Virus record (IMG/VR): IMGVR_UViG_3300013132_000024
Length of the DNA stretch: 64,000 nt
From: an uncultured virus (IMG/VR IMGVR_UViG_3300013132_000024)
Taxonomy: Duplodnaviria > Heunggongvirae > Uroviricota > Caudoviricetes
Reading direction: 5' to 3' (one strand)
Part shown: one piece after another, positions 45,431-56,294 of the stretch
Position numbering within the stretch: position 1 is the first letter of the stretch
Layout of the letters: each line of letters begins with the position of its first letter
Program-made: the position numbers and the translations under genes
Notes under the pieces: generated by a model
What the model was told of the DNA's origin: nothing
The model's database searches: none
The model's input: the letters and a program-made list of their open reading frames with translations, nothing else

Positions 45431-46285
45431 TTAATAAACTCCGTATACACAATAATTATGTATCTCTGCTGTACCACTAGCAGTACCTCTGCATTGAAAT
45501 ACTGTATTTGCAGGTGTATTGCAAGGAATAATAGTGGTTGCATTTTTACCCATTAATTCGGCTGTTGATCCGCCACCATAATATGTTTGAGAACCAGGTA
45601 ATTGTAAGTTGTCTATCCCAAATTGAAAAAAATAATTTACTGCAGTCGTAGATGAATCTGTTGCATTTAATCCAAATTGAACCGCACCATAATTATACGA
45701 AGAAGCAGTAGCATTAGCCCAATTTCCCCATGCAGAAGAATTTCCTGGTGTAATATTAATACCTTTAGAAGCAGCCGTATTTGCTCCTATTGTCTCTACT
45801 TTTTGACCACACCACCACATTTCTGGGCGACTAGGTTCTCCATATACTACTAATATTGCTCTAACTGTAGTCAAATTAGCCGTGTGTCTAGTTTGACCTC
45901 TTATACCTAAAGATGTACCTGATTTTATCCAAATTGGAAAATGATACCATTGAAAACTTGGATTAGATGCTATGGAAGTAACAACAGATCCTGCACATAA
46001 GTTATCAATAAACCCATTAGACCAAGAAGTACCTCCTGCTGGATCAACCATTATATCAATTAATGCGTTACAATCAGCAGTAGACAACCCAGTTCCATTG
46101 ATACCTATAGTCAAATAATGAACATCATGTTGTAAATTGGCAATTAAAGATACTGTTGTACCTTTGGTACTATTAGCGTTTATTGTAAAATTTGTTCCAT
46201 AATTGTTCGTTGGAGTACCTGTATTTGCATACAAAGGCAAATTACTAGACATTCTACTCCAACCCCAAGGACTTCCAAATAACAT
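45431..46285 (-). CDS. Hypothetical tail-associated beta-rich protein
   Basis: Packed ORF in the fibre region; T/G/S/N-rich. Confidence 0.65.
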   Translation of the reverse strand: MLFGSPWGWSRMSSNLPLYANTGTPTNNYGTNFTINANSTKGTTVSLIANLQHDVHYLTIGINGTGLSTADCNALIDIMVDPAGGTSWSNGFIDNLCAGSVVTSIASNPSFQWYHFPIWIKSGTSLGIRGQTRHTANLTTVRAILVVYGEPSRPEMWWCGQKVETIGANTAASKGINITPGNSSAWGNWANATASSYNYGAVQFGLNATDSSTTAVNYFFQFGIDNLQLPGSQTYYGGGSTAELMGKNATTIIPCNTPANTVFQCRGTASGTAEIHNYCVYGVY

Positions 46286-46691
46286 TTACGCTCCAGGAGC
46301 AGTTATTGTAAACGTAGTAACAGTAACAGATTGCCCAGTATTAATAGAAGTATTATCTAATTCCATATCCCAACCAGAGCTTGTTGTGCTTACATTACCT
46401 TGGAAATGACAAAGTTGATCCAGCAGAATCAAAAATTCTAAAGTGTCCTGCTGTTCCTGTTCCAGTTGCTGTATTAGACCAAGTACCACTCTTAGCTTTA
46501 GAACCACCGCTAGCAGCAGCCATCCAATCAGAAGGAAGTGTTAATGTGGCTAATAAAGATCCAGAATTAGCAGTAGCACAAGTTGCTGGTGGTCCACCAG
46601 TCCAAATTGTTAATAATGGAGCAGTTGAAATTGTAGTTTCAAATTGATCCAAAACATTATTTCTTAAAGTAGTAGAAAATTGTAAAGACAT
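46286..46691 (-). CDS. Structural protein, frameshifted at 46411-46413 (joins track ORFs 46395..46691 and 46286..46507)
   Basis: Removing one T gives ...GHFRIFDSAGSTCHFQGNVSTTSSGWDMELDNTSINTGQSVTVTTFTITAPGA*. Confidence 0.75.
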
Positions 46692-46703
46692 CTATTCTCC
46701 TAA

Positions 46704-47378
46704 TTATACTTGTATAAGTTGTTTATACCCTTTAACTTGGGTATTTGATGCAGTTGGTGTTAATAATAATCTAACATGAGTTGTATTAGCATTTGCTGAA
46801 TATGTACCTAATAATGTATTAGAAAACATAATACTATATTCATTCCAATGAATCGACCCTCCATCATGTAATATCAATATCTTATTTGTTTGATATCCAT
46901 TTGCTGAATTATTCGTAATATTTAGTATATATTCAGCAGATCTATATGTAGCTATAGCGAAAGAATCTACTATTTGTGCAGAAGTTCCTGAAGTTTGTGT
47001 ATTCACATAATATGGTAACACATCAATATTGCTACGATTAATTGTAGTATTAGTTACGCTTAAAGAACCAATAGTTATACTAGAAGAATTTGTTACTACA
47101 TTTATAGTAGAATTTCCTACAGTTAATATATTTCCAGTAGCTATAGTTAAATTAGATGTTACTGTTAATGCTGTAACAACAGTAGAATTTCCACCATTTA
47201 TAGAATTACCTATTAATCCTGTTGCAATTACATATCCATTTACAGTAGCATTACCTGTTGTAGTATTAGAATTAGTCGTAACTACTTTATTCGACATAGC
47301 ATCTGCTAGTTCGTTAGTACGAGTTTTCCAATAATCAAATGTATTAGTATTTGCTGTATTAGCAACGGCTATAGTCAT
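46704..47378 (-). CDS. Virion structural / fibre-base protein
   Basis: NTFDYWKTRTNEL N-terminus; VDSF...YRSAEY...LHDG C-terminal domain. Confidence 0.7.
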   Translation of the reverse strand: MTIAVANTANTNTFDYWKTRTNELADAMSNKVVTTNSNTTTGNATVNGYVIATGLIGNSINGGNSTVVTALTVTSNLTIATGNILTVGNSTINVVTNSSSITIGSLSVTNTTINRSNIDVLPYYVNTQTSGTSAQIVDSFAIATYRSAEYILNITNNSANGYQTNKILILHDGGSIHWNEYSIMFSNTLLGTYSANANTTHVRLLLTPTASNTQVKGYKQLIQV

Positions 47379-47560
47379 TTAATTCTTTCTAAAATTAATG
47401 TTAATAAAGATTTTATATCTTTAATTTCTTGTTTTAAATTATCTATTTCATCAATTTTTTTATTTTTTTGTTTTAACGATTTATAAGCCTTTAATCCAGC
47501 AATATCAGTATTTAATACTGCACCAAGATTATGTTTATCTCTTATATATAACTCTTTCAT
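47375..47560 (-). CDS. Small coiled-coil protein
   Basis: RD...GAVLNTD...EIDNLKQEIKDIKSLL. Confidence 0.65.
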   Translation of the reverse strand: MKELYIRDKHNLGAVLNTDIAGLKAYKSLKQKNKKIDEIDNLKQEIKDIKSLLTLILERIK

Positions 47561-47561
47561 C

Positions 47562-50500
47562 TTATACCTGTAATGCTATTCCTCTAACATCATCTATTTT
47601 AGGTACTAAGACAGGATTTGAAGATAATAATACCAATTTAATAGCAAATTCTTTATATCCTTGATATCTAGTACCAGTAGAATCATAATATTCTACAACT
47701 CCATCAGCAGTAGTAGGTTTAAATACATAAAACAATGAAGCAGTATTAGTAAATTCTGTTCCTGTATCTATAGTTAAATATGTATTGTTTGATATTGATG
47801 TAATAGTTTTTATAGAAAATGTGCCACTAGCTTCTTGTATTCTTATTCTATCTCCAACATCAAAAGTTTCATTAAAGAACGATCCAATTAAAGTATGTCC
47901 TGTTTCAGAAATAGAAGAAGCAGTTATATTAATATTAGCACCTGTTCTTGTTGATGCTAACGCTAATCCTGTAGTATTTGCAAACGATACATAATACTTA
48001 GTATTAGAAGTTAAACCAGAAACAGCGGTATTTCCTGTTGATACGTGATACATAATAGCATCACCAACACTAAAATATGTATTTGCATTAGTTATTGTAA
48101 TTACATCTGCAGCATTATTTATTCCTGTATTAGCATTAAATGTGTGATTTTTTCCAACAATTACTACATTACTAGAACCTATTTCAACACCACCAGGAAG
48201 AGCTTCGTATATATCTACTCCTGAATTAGAAAACGCAGATTTTGTGTTTATTGATACTATATTAATAGATCCTGTAGAAGACCCTGTTGCTGCTCCAGAA
48301 GATAATAATCCGCTTTCCATATCAACAGTAACATTATTACCACTTCTAAATACTACAGTTCCTATAGAACTTGATTGTGTAATAGTTTCTCCTACTTGCA
48401 ACGAATTATTATTTGCAACAAAATAAACTTTTCTAGTAATAGAAAATCCTAATTCATATTCTCTAAAATCTTTTTTATTAGACGAAGAAGAATATACTTC
48501 ATCACCATCGTCTATATATTCTAATTCTGTCCAATTTTTATCATTAAAATCTTCAAAATCTTGAGCATTTTTTATTTTAATATATGCTTTAATATCAGTA
48601 CCAGATGGTCTATAAGCAGAAAATAACATTTTTACATCTTCTGCATCTTGATCGTCTTCTAAAATTATTTTTTTAGATATATATTTTGTAGAAGAATTAC
48701 CATATCTAGTATGTTCATTAAGAGTATCATTGTTTATTTGATTTTCTATAAACAATGATGTTTTTTGTGATAGATTTATCACAGGAGAAACATAATCGTT
48801 TACCGTAGCAAATGATATCTTATATGTACCAGATTTTGCAGAACTCAAACTTGCCACTTCATTAGATTTAGACATAATATGACGTTCTTTGTCAATATAT
48901 TCTAATTCCATATTATTCTGAACAATTTGATAATTACTATCTGCTACATTTGTATTAGACACACCTTTGTATTCGTAATTAATAGAAGTACCAGAAGGTT
49001 GCATAATTCCAAATTTAGGTACAACTATATGATACGATTTATTATCAACTGTTGTAATTGTAGTCCAGGCTATTAATGTATTAGCATTAATAACAGTAGA
49101 ATTAGCTATAGTAACATTATTTGGTCTATAAACTGCTATAATATCTGAATTACTAAATCCACCATTTGCTGAAGAATCTAACCATACTTCTCCGGTTTCT
49201 TCGTTAAAATATTGTATTCTTCCTTTTGGTAGATTATTTGTTGAATTAGATATTAATGTATTGCTTACAATACTTGTTAAATTAGCTGTATTTGCAGATG
49301 TATTAGCTCTATATACAATATCTCCTACTGCTATAGATATATTAGAATTAGCTTTAGTAAATCCAGACACAGTTAAAAATTCATCATTTTCGTTAGTGAA
49401 TCCTGCATAACCACCTGAACTATTAAATTTAGCTCTATACAACTTAAATTTAAGATCTTCTTTTTGTATTGGAGTCCATGTTTTTCTATTAGAAGAAATA
49501 AAGGCTGTTCCTGAGTATGGATTAGAATATACTTGTTGATTGGTTAAAACATCGAACCCACCTGTTTCTCCAACCCAAATTGTATATTCTGGGCTATTAC
49601 CATCAGGTTGTACTATAAATGCATAATCTTTATTTGCCATCAAATATACTGGAAAATCCAACGTAAATTCTGTTTCTGCGCTGCTTGTAGAAGAAACAGT
49701 TATATCAGCAGCTTTTTTATACGATTTTCCTATTATTATATTTTCATTAGGAGTGCTATTTTCCATTTCACAAATATATAAAGACACACCTAAATTTTCA
49801 TCTTTAGATTTAAAAAACACACCTACTTTACTTAAAAATAGACCAGAACCTTCTTGAGGTATATTAACAACAGTAAAGGATTGTGCTATAGGATCATCCC
49901 ATTGCGGCCAAAATAAAGCTTGTGAAATATTTTCTGATGTTGTTGTAGAAGTTCTTCTTTCTGTTCTGTCTTGAACAGTAATTTCTGGTTGTCTTACGTT
50001 AATAGTTGTAGAAGTACGAGTAACAGATAAAGAATCTGCGGTATATGTAGTTTTCCCTAATGTTAATCTTGCGTCTGCACCAGTTACTAAATCGTCTACA
50101 TTAGTTAATTGGAATATTCTATCTCCTGTTCTAAAAGTTTCAGCAGGAATTAAAAATACTCCAGAAACAAACCCATTAGCATCAGATACTAAAGCATCAC
50201 CAAAATTACCAGTTCTAGAAACTACATTATCTTCTATAGATTGTGCATAATCATATGGAGTATTATTTCCATTATATGTACCAGGTGCACAATATATATC
50301 TACATTAACAGCATCAAAAAATGCGTGCAATGTAGTATTAGGTTTCATATTATACGCAACGAAAGATACTAATCTAGAAGCCATATAAGGTTGTAATGCT
50401 ACATCTTTAACATAAGAACCTAAATCAATAGTTTGCGAATTAACATCTACAACTAATCCTTGAGAAGTTCTTTCTTGTGTATTTGTAGCTGTTATAGTTT

Positions 50501-53500
50501 CTATATTAGTTAGAACACTAGCTCCAGCATTAATACCTTCTGTTATATTTGTCCAAGTTTCTGACCAATCACGAATAGCATCTGAAGATACAGTTCTCCA
50601 ATCTCCCCAACGAGAACCCCAAGGAGAATTAGCAAATTGTTCCCATGGAGAAACTAAATCTATATCAACATTAACATTTGGTGCTGTATCTTCATCTCTA
50701 TGAAAATCATAAGAAGGATATAAAGAAACTTTACCATTCCATTGCCATACTGCTTCTGCACAGTTACGGAATTTAGTTGCCATATTTTGATTTATATATA
50801 ATTCATCAGTATAGCTTAATGTAACATATGGACCAGTTATTACAACATTACTAGATAATGTATTTGAATACATCATATCTATATCATTTCTAACGATAAA
50901 TGGTCTTATTACAGTTTCTGTAGGATCTACTGCAATCTTATATTCAAAATCTGAAACATTTCCTAAATTGTGAGAATTAAATGGATCAGCAAATATACCA
51001 TTCTTAAATCTGTCCAACCCATTAGAATCAGGAATTGTTAAATCTTTAGCTTGTTGCTCTAAAGAATTTAATACTGTATAGTATTCTATTTTCTTAATAC
51101 GTTTTTCCAACGAAGCTATATCTTTCATTGTATAACGTTTGTTTGATTTAATTTTTAATAATGTTTTAGAATTAGTATTATATGTTTCTTGTTCTCTTAC
51201 TGTTGGTGTAGGATACGGAGGAACATAACATTCAGCAATTAAACTTTGATCATTTTCAAAAAACGGAGACACAGGATTTACAGCAGGATTTCCTTGTTGT
51301 ACTTTAAAATTACCATAAGGGTCTAATGTAATTAAATCATATCTAGGCAAATAATATTCAAAATCTGCTATAAAGTTTGTGTCCGGCGAGATTACATATT
51401 GTCCAGAACCAGATACTGAAAATGTAGTATTAACTACTGGATTAATAGTAGCTCCTGCTTCAGTAGTAGAATTATTCGCAGAATTATTATATCTAGGTCT
51501 ATAATCTATCACATTTCTTAATTCAACACCGTTATATACTGGAATTTCTATAGTTTGTATAGCATTAGTATTAGAAGTATTGGTATCATCTATTGGATAA
51601 GATTCCACAGAAAAGAAACCAACAGAATATGATGTATTAGCAGTAAAATGATCAAGTTCAATCAACATTTTTGTTGAACTTGTTATTTGTGATCTATATG
51701 TAGGTTTAATAACTAATTTAGAATGTGAATATTTGTCGTCTGATTGTCCTGTATATAATTCAAACCAATTACTTCTGTCAGAATTAGTGTTGGCATATGT
51801 TGTTCCAACATATACATGTCTTATTTTATGTACATCTACTAAACCTAAATCCCAAGGACCAACTGTATTAGCCACATTGTTTGAACAATCTATTTTTACA
51901 TATCTGTTTTTGTTAATAACTTTACTTATAGCACTTGCTTGATTTCTATACACAGGGAAAGAACAATATACGTTTTGTGTACCTGAATCTAATGTTACAC
52001 CTAATTGTGAAGTAAAAGACGTATTAGAATTTATTGTAACATTAGCAATAGACAATACTGTTCCGTCTATATAAAATCTTTGTATTTTAGTAGAAGTATT
52101 ACCAGCCGCATCATTTATAGGGCTATCTATAGTTAATGATGTAGAATTAGTAATACCTGTAACTCTTCTTATATAAGTTTGAGTAGAATTAGCAGTTATT
52201 CTAACAAGATTATTAGCAACCAATTCTGTAGTAAATAGTGTTCCTGTTCCTGTTATAGTTATATTGCTACTATTAGAAAATGCTATATTTCCTGTCAAAT
52301 TGGCAGAATAAGCATTAGTTGATAATATAATATTGTAATCGTTTAATTGTGAACCAATTAATACAGAACCTGTGGTTGAAGTTAATTTTTCTTCTGCAGA
52401 ACCAGGAGCAGCAGTACGTAATGTTACAGTTACTGCTCCATTAGAATTTATTGTAGAAGGTTTTATTTGATCATATACATATAATGTGTCGCCAATTCCA
52501 GTATTATCTGTTAATCTTTTTATAGCTGTTAGTGCAGTATTAAAGATTAATTTATTACTTCCTGACGATTTTAATACAGCTAATCCGCTTTCTAATACAA
52601 TATCTGCTTTTGCTTTACCATATGTAGCATGAGAAGCATATAAAGACTTAACATCAGTATTAAAAGATTTATCCGCATTCATTCTAATATCAGTCAAATA
52701 TACTAGATATTGTGATGAAGATAACCCTTTTGTACCATTATAAAATACTATAGCACGAACAGAAGCTGTACCTACTGCATTTCCTATAGGATTACCTAAT
52801 GCTGCGCCTTCTTTATCAGTAATAGCATATTGTGGTTGATCGTATAATGTTACTTGAGATAAAGTTTCAAAATCAAAAGCACCCAAAAATTCACTACATA
52901 TAACATAATTACCATAATTTCCTGTAATTATTTGATTTTGTGCATATTCTGTAGTTATACCTTTATCTGCTTCTACCCTAGTAGAATTAATTTTTTCAAT
53001 TCTATGCCCTCTAACATATCCTATACCAGAAGAAATTTCATAAAAGAATGATTGTGAATTTGCTTCATTTACTCTAGTTTCAATTTGAAAAGGTTTGGTA
53101 ACATAATCACCAGATTCTTCATATGTTCTAACAGCAAATTGGTCTAATATTTTATTATATTCTGTATTTTCTTTTTGTTCTGTTGGTTTATCACCATCAA
53201 ATTCTACAATAGAAAAGAAGTTGATATTATTTGATGTGTCTGTGCGTGATTTAGCAACTAATTCTGGAGTAAGTTTTAATCTATGCGCACCTGGAGCATT
53301 TTCGTTAGAATATCCTAATGCATTATCATATAAATTAGGATCAGCATATTCGTCTATTATTTCTTCTGTAGTTTCAAATCCTACTACATAACCAGAAACA
53401 TTAGTAGAAAAATCTCTTACAGTTATTACATGTTTTGGTACTTTTATAAAATATCCCTTTTGGTATACTATACCATCAGTACATCCTATTAAATACGCAT

Positions 53501-54074
53501 ATCCATTAGAATTAAAAACTACGTTTGATGATAACGTATTAATGCTATTTACTAAATTATTAGCATCAAGATCACCAAACTTATTTTGTGTATTACTGTA
53601 AAAATATAAAATATCTCCTGGTGAAAATACGTTAACATCTTCTCCAGAACCATCTGTACCTGTTGTTATATAATCAAAGTAAATTCTGTTAGTTTCCGGA
53701 TATGCAGCTTTAACACCATTTTTACCAATTTTTATTACAGCTCTTACAGCATTATTAGAATCTGTAGAATTAGTGATTAAATAAGAAGAATTATAATCTG
53801 TAACAAAAGCATTTGCATCTATGTTAAAATAATCTTCTAAAGAAATATAATGAGTATTAGGGTGATATATAATACCGACACCTTCGATAACAGTGCCGTC
53901 TTTAAACATATGTTCGCCTAATCTTCTAATTTGATCTTGAAGAATAAACTCTATTTCTGATAGTTCTCTTGCTTGAACAGCCGTATGTGGTCTAAATAAT
54001 AGAGCATGATATCTATTATTAGCGTCATAATCTATATTGTATGGAGGTACATTTAGGTTTTTATCTAATGCCAT
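47562..54074 (-). CDS. Large baseplate/tail structural protein (VrlC/DUF4815-like)
   Basis: LNVPPY.D, LFRP..AVQAREL, APGAHRLK, RTYEESGDY, RYTMKDI, DRFKNGIFAD.F, DPIAQSF. Confidence 0.85.
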   Translation of the reverse strand: MALDKNLNVPPYNIDYDANNRYHALLFRPHTAVQARELSEIEFILQDQIRRLGEHMFKDGTVIEGVGIIYHPNTHYISLEDYFNIDANAFVTDYNSSYLITNSTDSNNAVRAVIKIGKNGVKAAYPETNRIYFDYITTGTDGSGEDVNVFSPGDILYFYSNTQNKFGDLDANNLVNSINTLSSNVVFNSNGYAYLIGCTDGIVYQKGYFIKVPKHVITVRDFSTNVSGYVVGFETTEEIIDEYADPNLYDNALGYSNENAPGAHRLKLTPELVAKSRTDTSNNINFFSIVEFDGDKPTEQKENTEYNKILDQFAVRTYEESGDYVTKPFQIETRVNEANSQSFFYEISSGIGYVRGHRIEKINSTRVEADKGITTEYAQNQIITGNYGNYVICSEFLGAFDFETLSQVTLYDQPQYAITDKEGAALGNPIGNAVGTASVRAIVFYNGTKGLSSSQYLVYLTDIRMNADKSFNTDVKSLYASHATYGKAKADIVLESGLAVLKSSGSNKLIFNTALTAIKRLTDNTGIGDTLYVYDQIKPSTINSNGAVTVTLRTAAPGSAEEKLTSTTGSVLIGSQLNDYNIILSTNAYSANLTGNIAFSNSSNITITGTGTLFTTELVANNLVRITANSTQTYIRRVTGITNSTSLTIDSPINDAAGNTSTKIQRFYIDGTVLSIANVTINSNTSFTSQLGVTLDSGTQNVYCSFPVYRNQASAISKVINKNRYVKIDCSNNVANTVGPWDLGLVDVHKIRHVYVGTTYANTNSDRSNWFELYTGQSDDKYSHSKLVIKPTYRSQITSSTKMLIELDHFTANTSYSVGFFSVESYPIDDTNTSNTNAIQTIEIPVYNGVELRNVIDYRPRYNNSANNSTTEAGATINPVVNTTFSVSGSGQYVISPDTNFIADFEYYLPRYDLITLDPYGNFKVQQGNPAVNPVSPFFENDQSLIAECYVPPYPTPTVREQETYNTNSKTLLKIKSNKRYTMKDIASLEKRIKKIEYYTVLNSLEQQAKDLTIPDSNGLDRFKNGIFADPFNSHNLGNVSDFEYKIAVDPTETVIRPFIVRNDIDMMYSNTLSSNVVITGPYVTLSYTDELYINQNMATKFRNCAEAVWQWNGKVSLYPSYDFHRDEDTAPNVNVDIDLVSPWEQFANSPWGSRWGDWRTVSSDAIRDWSETWTNITEGINAGASVLTNIETITATNTQERTSQGLVVDVNSQTIDLGSYVKDVALQPYMASRLVSFVAYNMKPNTTLHAFFDAVNVDIYCAPGTYNGNNTPYDYAQSIEDNVVSRTGNFGDALVSDANGFVSGVFLIPAETFRTGDRIFQLTNVDDLVTGADARLTLGKTTYTADSLSVTRTSTTINVRQPEITVQDRTERRTSTTTSENISQALFWPQWDDPIAQSFTVVNIPQEGSGLFLSKVGVFFKSKDENLGVSLYICEMENSTPNENIIIGKSYKKAADITVSSTSSAETEFTLDFPVYLMANKDYAFIVQPDGNSPEYTIWVGETGGFDVLTNQQVYSNPYSGTAFISSNRKTWTPIQKEDLKFKLYRAKFNSSGGYAGFTNENDEFLTVSGFTKANSNISIAVGDIVYRANTSANTANLTSIVSNTLISNSTNNLPKGRIQYFNEETGEVWLDSSANGGFSNSDIIAVYRPNNVTIANSTVINANTLIAWTTITTVDNKSYHIVVPKFGIMQPSGTSINYEYKGVSNTNVADSNYQIVQNNMELEYIDKERHIMSKSNEVASLSSAKSGTYKISFATVNDYVSPVINLSQKTSLFIENQINNDTLNEHTRYGNSSTKYISKKIILEDDQDAEDVKMLFSAYRPSGTDIKAYIKIKNAQDFEDFNDKNWTELEYIDDGDEVYSSSSNKKDFREYELGFSITRKVYFVANNNSLQVGETITQSSSIGTVVFRSGNNVTVDMESGLLSSGAATGSSTGSINIVSINTKSAFSNSGVDIYEALPGGVEIGSSNVVIVGKNHTFNANTGINNAADVITITNANTYFSVGDAIMYHVSTGNTAVSGLTSNTKYYVSFANTTGLALASTRTGANINITASSISETGHTLIGSFFNETFDVGDRIRIQEASGTFSIKTITSISNNTYLTIDTGTEFTNTASLFYVFKPTTADGVVEYYDSTGTRYQGYKEFAIKLVLLSSNPVLVPKIDDVRGIALQV

Positions 54075-54083
54075 TATTTGTTT

Positions 54084-55631
54084 TTACACCTGTATGAAAA
54101 TCTTAAAAGTTTCGGTTTGAGTATTTGATCTATTTACATTATTTATATTGTTTACGTACAACGGAGATAAATCTTTTGTATATATATCTCCTCTAGAAAT
54201 TATGGTAATAACAGTAACATTTCCTACTGAAGTATTACCCACATATTCTCCGCTTTGAAATTGTTTTTCACCAGTTAAAAATGTTTGAGTAGAATTAGAA
54301 AATACTACAATACCTTGTGCTTTACTGTTTGATCCTATTACTGTTTCTCCTAAAGTAAACGTATGAGATGGAGATACAGTAAATTTTAATAAAGAATCAA
54401 AAGTATTTGCTGTATATAACGCACCTTTTGTATTATTGGTCTCTAATATATAAGGATTCTTTATAATTCCTATTTTATTGTAAACCGTATTGCTAGTTAC
54501 TATAGTGCTATTTTCATTATTAGAAAATCTAATTCCTACAACAAATCCTTTCACGTTTAATTCTTTTACTGGATCTGAACCATGACCTCCTGGTGGAGGA
54601 ACTATGGCATAAATATTAGCTCCAGAACCAAAACTACTTTCTATATATACATTAGCTCTTGTAATATTTGATCCTATATCTAATATTTGTACACCCGATA
54701 TAGCATTTATAGAAGTATTAACTATCGCATATCCAATAGGAAAAGTATCTCCATCTGTATCAAATACTAATTTGGGCGTTATTAGATATTCTGTTTGTGA
54801 TGGTAATATAATTGTAGTATTTGCTTCTTTTTCTAAAATAACCCAATTACCTGTTGAATTTACAATATAATTAGAAACATTACTTAATTGCGCTGTTCCT
54901 AAACTACTATTATACATATAGATTGCATTGTTATTGTAATAAAAGTTAGAAGGATTAGCAACTGCTTCTATTTGAATTAGTGTGCTATTAACTATAGATT
55001 GTATTATTCCATTTGTATACGCAGAATATCCAGTTCCTGTATTAGAAACAATTATTTTTTCAACACCAGCATAATTATTTGCTGAAGCGACCAGTATATT
55101 GTTTGCGTATATTGGCATATAATCATCAGAAAAAAATCTATTATAGATAGTAGCAGAAACTGTAGTCACATATCTCCATTTATAACCATCAACAGTTTGA
55201 AATGTAGTTGGTTGTGATGGAGTTCCTATAGTTCCTGGATCTACTGTTGAATTCGCACCATTATTATTATCTATACATTTATATACATTATAAACACCAC
55301 CAACTTCATTCGGATCTGATACTACATAATAATTATTATTAGAATATAAAGTATTAGAAGTTTGGTCATAAAATTGATAAACAGTATTACTTTCCCACAA
55401 ATTAGAATTTATGATAGGATATATATCATTTTTAGTTATTTTTTTACCAAATATCATACGATTAATAAATTCATAAGAAAAATTTGATTCATTATTAGCA
55501 ATTGTTGGTATCGTATTAGCAAATTCTATTGGATTTGCACCGAAAATATAATAATTAGAAGTATTTGTAGATATAGAATTAATTAATTCTTCTATAATAG
55601 ATTTTTTATACGAAGGTAGTATTTTGCTCAT
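54084..55631 (-). CDS. gp8: Baseplate wedge subunit gp8-like
   Basis: MIFGKKI, NVYKCIDNN, DGYKWRY, PPGGHGSDPVKEL. Confidence 0.85.
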   Translation of the reverse strand: MSKILPSYKKSIIEELINSISTNTSNYYIFGANPIEFANTIPTIANNESNFSYEFINRMIFGKKITKNDIYPIINSNLWESNTVYQFYDQTSNTLYSNNNYYVVSDPNEVGGVYNVYKCIDNNNGANSTVDPGTIGTPSQPTTFQTVDGYKWRYVTTVSATIYNRFFSDDYMPIYANNILVASANNYAGVEKIIVSNTGTGYSAYTNGIIQSIVNSTLIQIEAVANPSNFYYNNNAIYMYNSSLGTAQLSNVSNYIVNSTGNWVILEKEANTTIILPSQTEYLITPKLVFDTDGDTFPIGYAIVNTSINAISGVQILDIGSNITRANVYIESSFGSGANIYAIVPPPGGHGSDPVKELNVKGFVVGIRFSNNENSTIVTSNTVYNKIGIIKNPYILETNNTKGALYTANTFDSLLKFTVSPSHTFTLGETVIGSNSKAQGIVVFSNSTQTFLTGEKQFQSGEYVGNTSVGNVTVITIISRGDIYTKDLSPLYVNNINNVNRSNTQTETFKIFIQV

Positions 55632-56285
55632 TTATACTCCTATTGCAGTCCACATAATATTAGACGCAGTAGCATTTCCTGTTCTTATAACCGCAACTGT
55701 AGAATTACTAGATATTATAGCTGGTTGATATGTTGAAACTGTACTATTTGCTGTTACACTTACATTATATAGTGTTGTATATGCTGAGGTAAATGTAGCG
55801 TTTCCTACTGTAGTATTGCTAGATACCCATCCCCAATTTAATTTTAATCCATTCGGTAAAAAAGTATACCCATTTGCCGCTTTAGTAGAAGAACCTAATA
55901 TTAATCCAGTGTTTGTTACAACGTTTGCTGTTCCTGTTCTTACTATTGAACTTGTTATAAATGTGTTAACTGTAGAATTACCAAAAAACATTGTAGTAGT
56001 ATTAACAGTAACATTAGATCCGACTGATAATACTGTAGAATTGGCTTTTACTATATTAGCAACATTAACATTAGCAGAAACTACTAATGAAGATGAATTC
56101 ATAGTTGAATTTATGGTAGAATTACCAATTAATAATGTATTTGCTACGGTAATATTATTTGTACCAAATGTTAAAGAATCATAAATTTCATCAAAATTAT
56201 CATTAGTTTTATCAAATGCATTACGGATAGTATCACCAGTCCCATCATTCGGAGTAGAACCAATATTGATTATTTGTTGTGCCAT
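55632..56285 (-). CDS. Baseplate tail-fibre connector (gp9/gp10 N-terminal-like)
   Basis: INIGSTPNDGTGDTIRNAFDKTNDNFDEIY; C-terminal GYTFLPNGLKLNWG. Confidence 0.75.
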   Translation of the reverse strand: MAQQIINIGSTPNDGTGDTIRNAFDKTNDNFDEIYDSLTFGTNNITVANTLLIGNSTINSTMNSSSLVVSANVNVANIVKANSTVLSVGSNVTVNTTTMFFGNSTVNTFITSSIVRTGTANVVTNTGLILGSSTKAANGYTFLPNGLKLNWGWVSSNTTVGNATFTSAYTTLYNVSVTANSTVSTYQPAIISSNSTVAVIRTGNATASNIMWTAIGV

Positions 56286-56294
56286 TATATCCCT

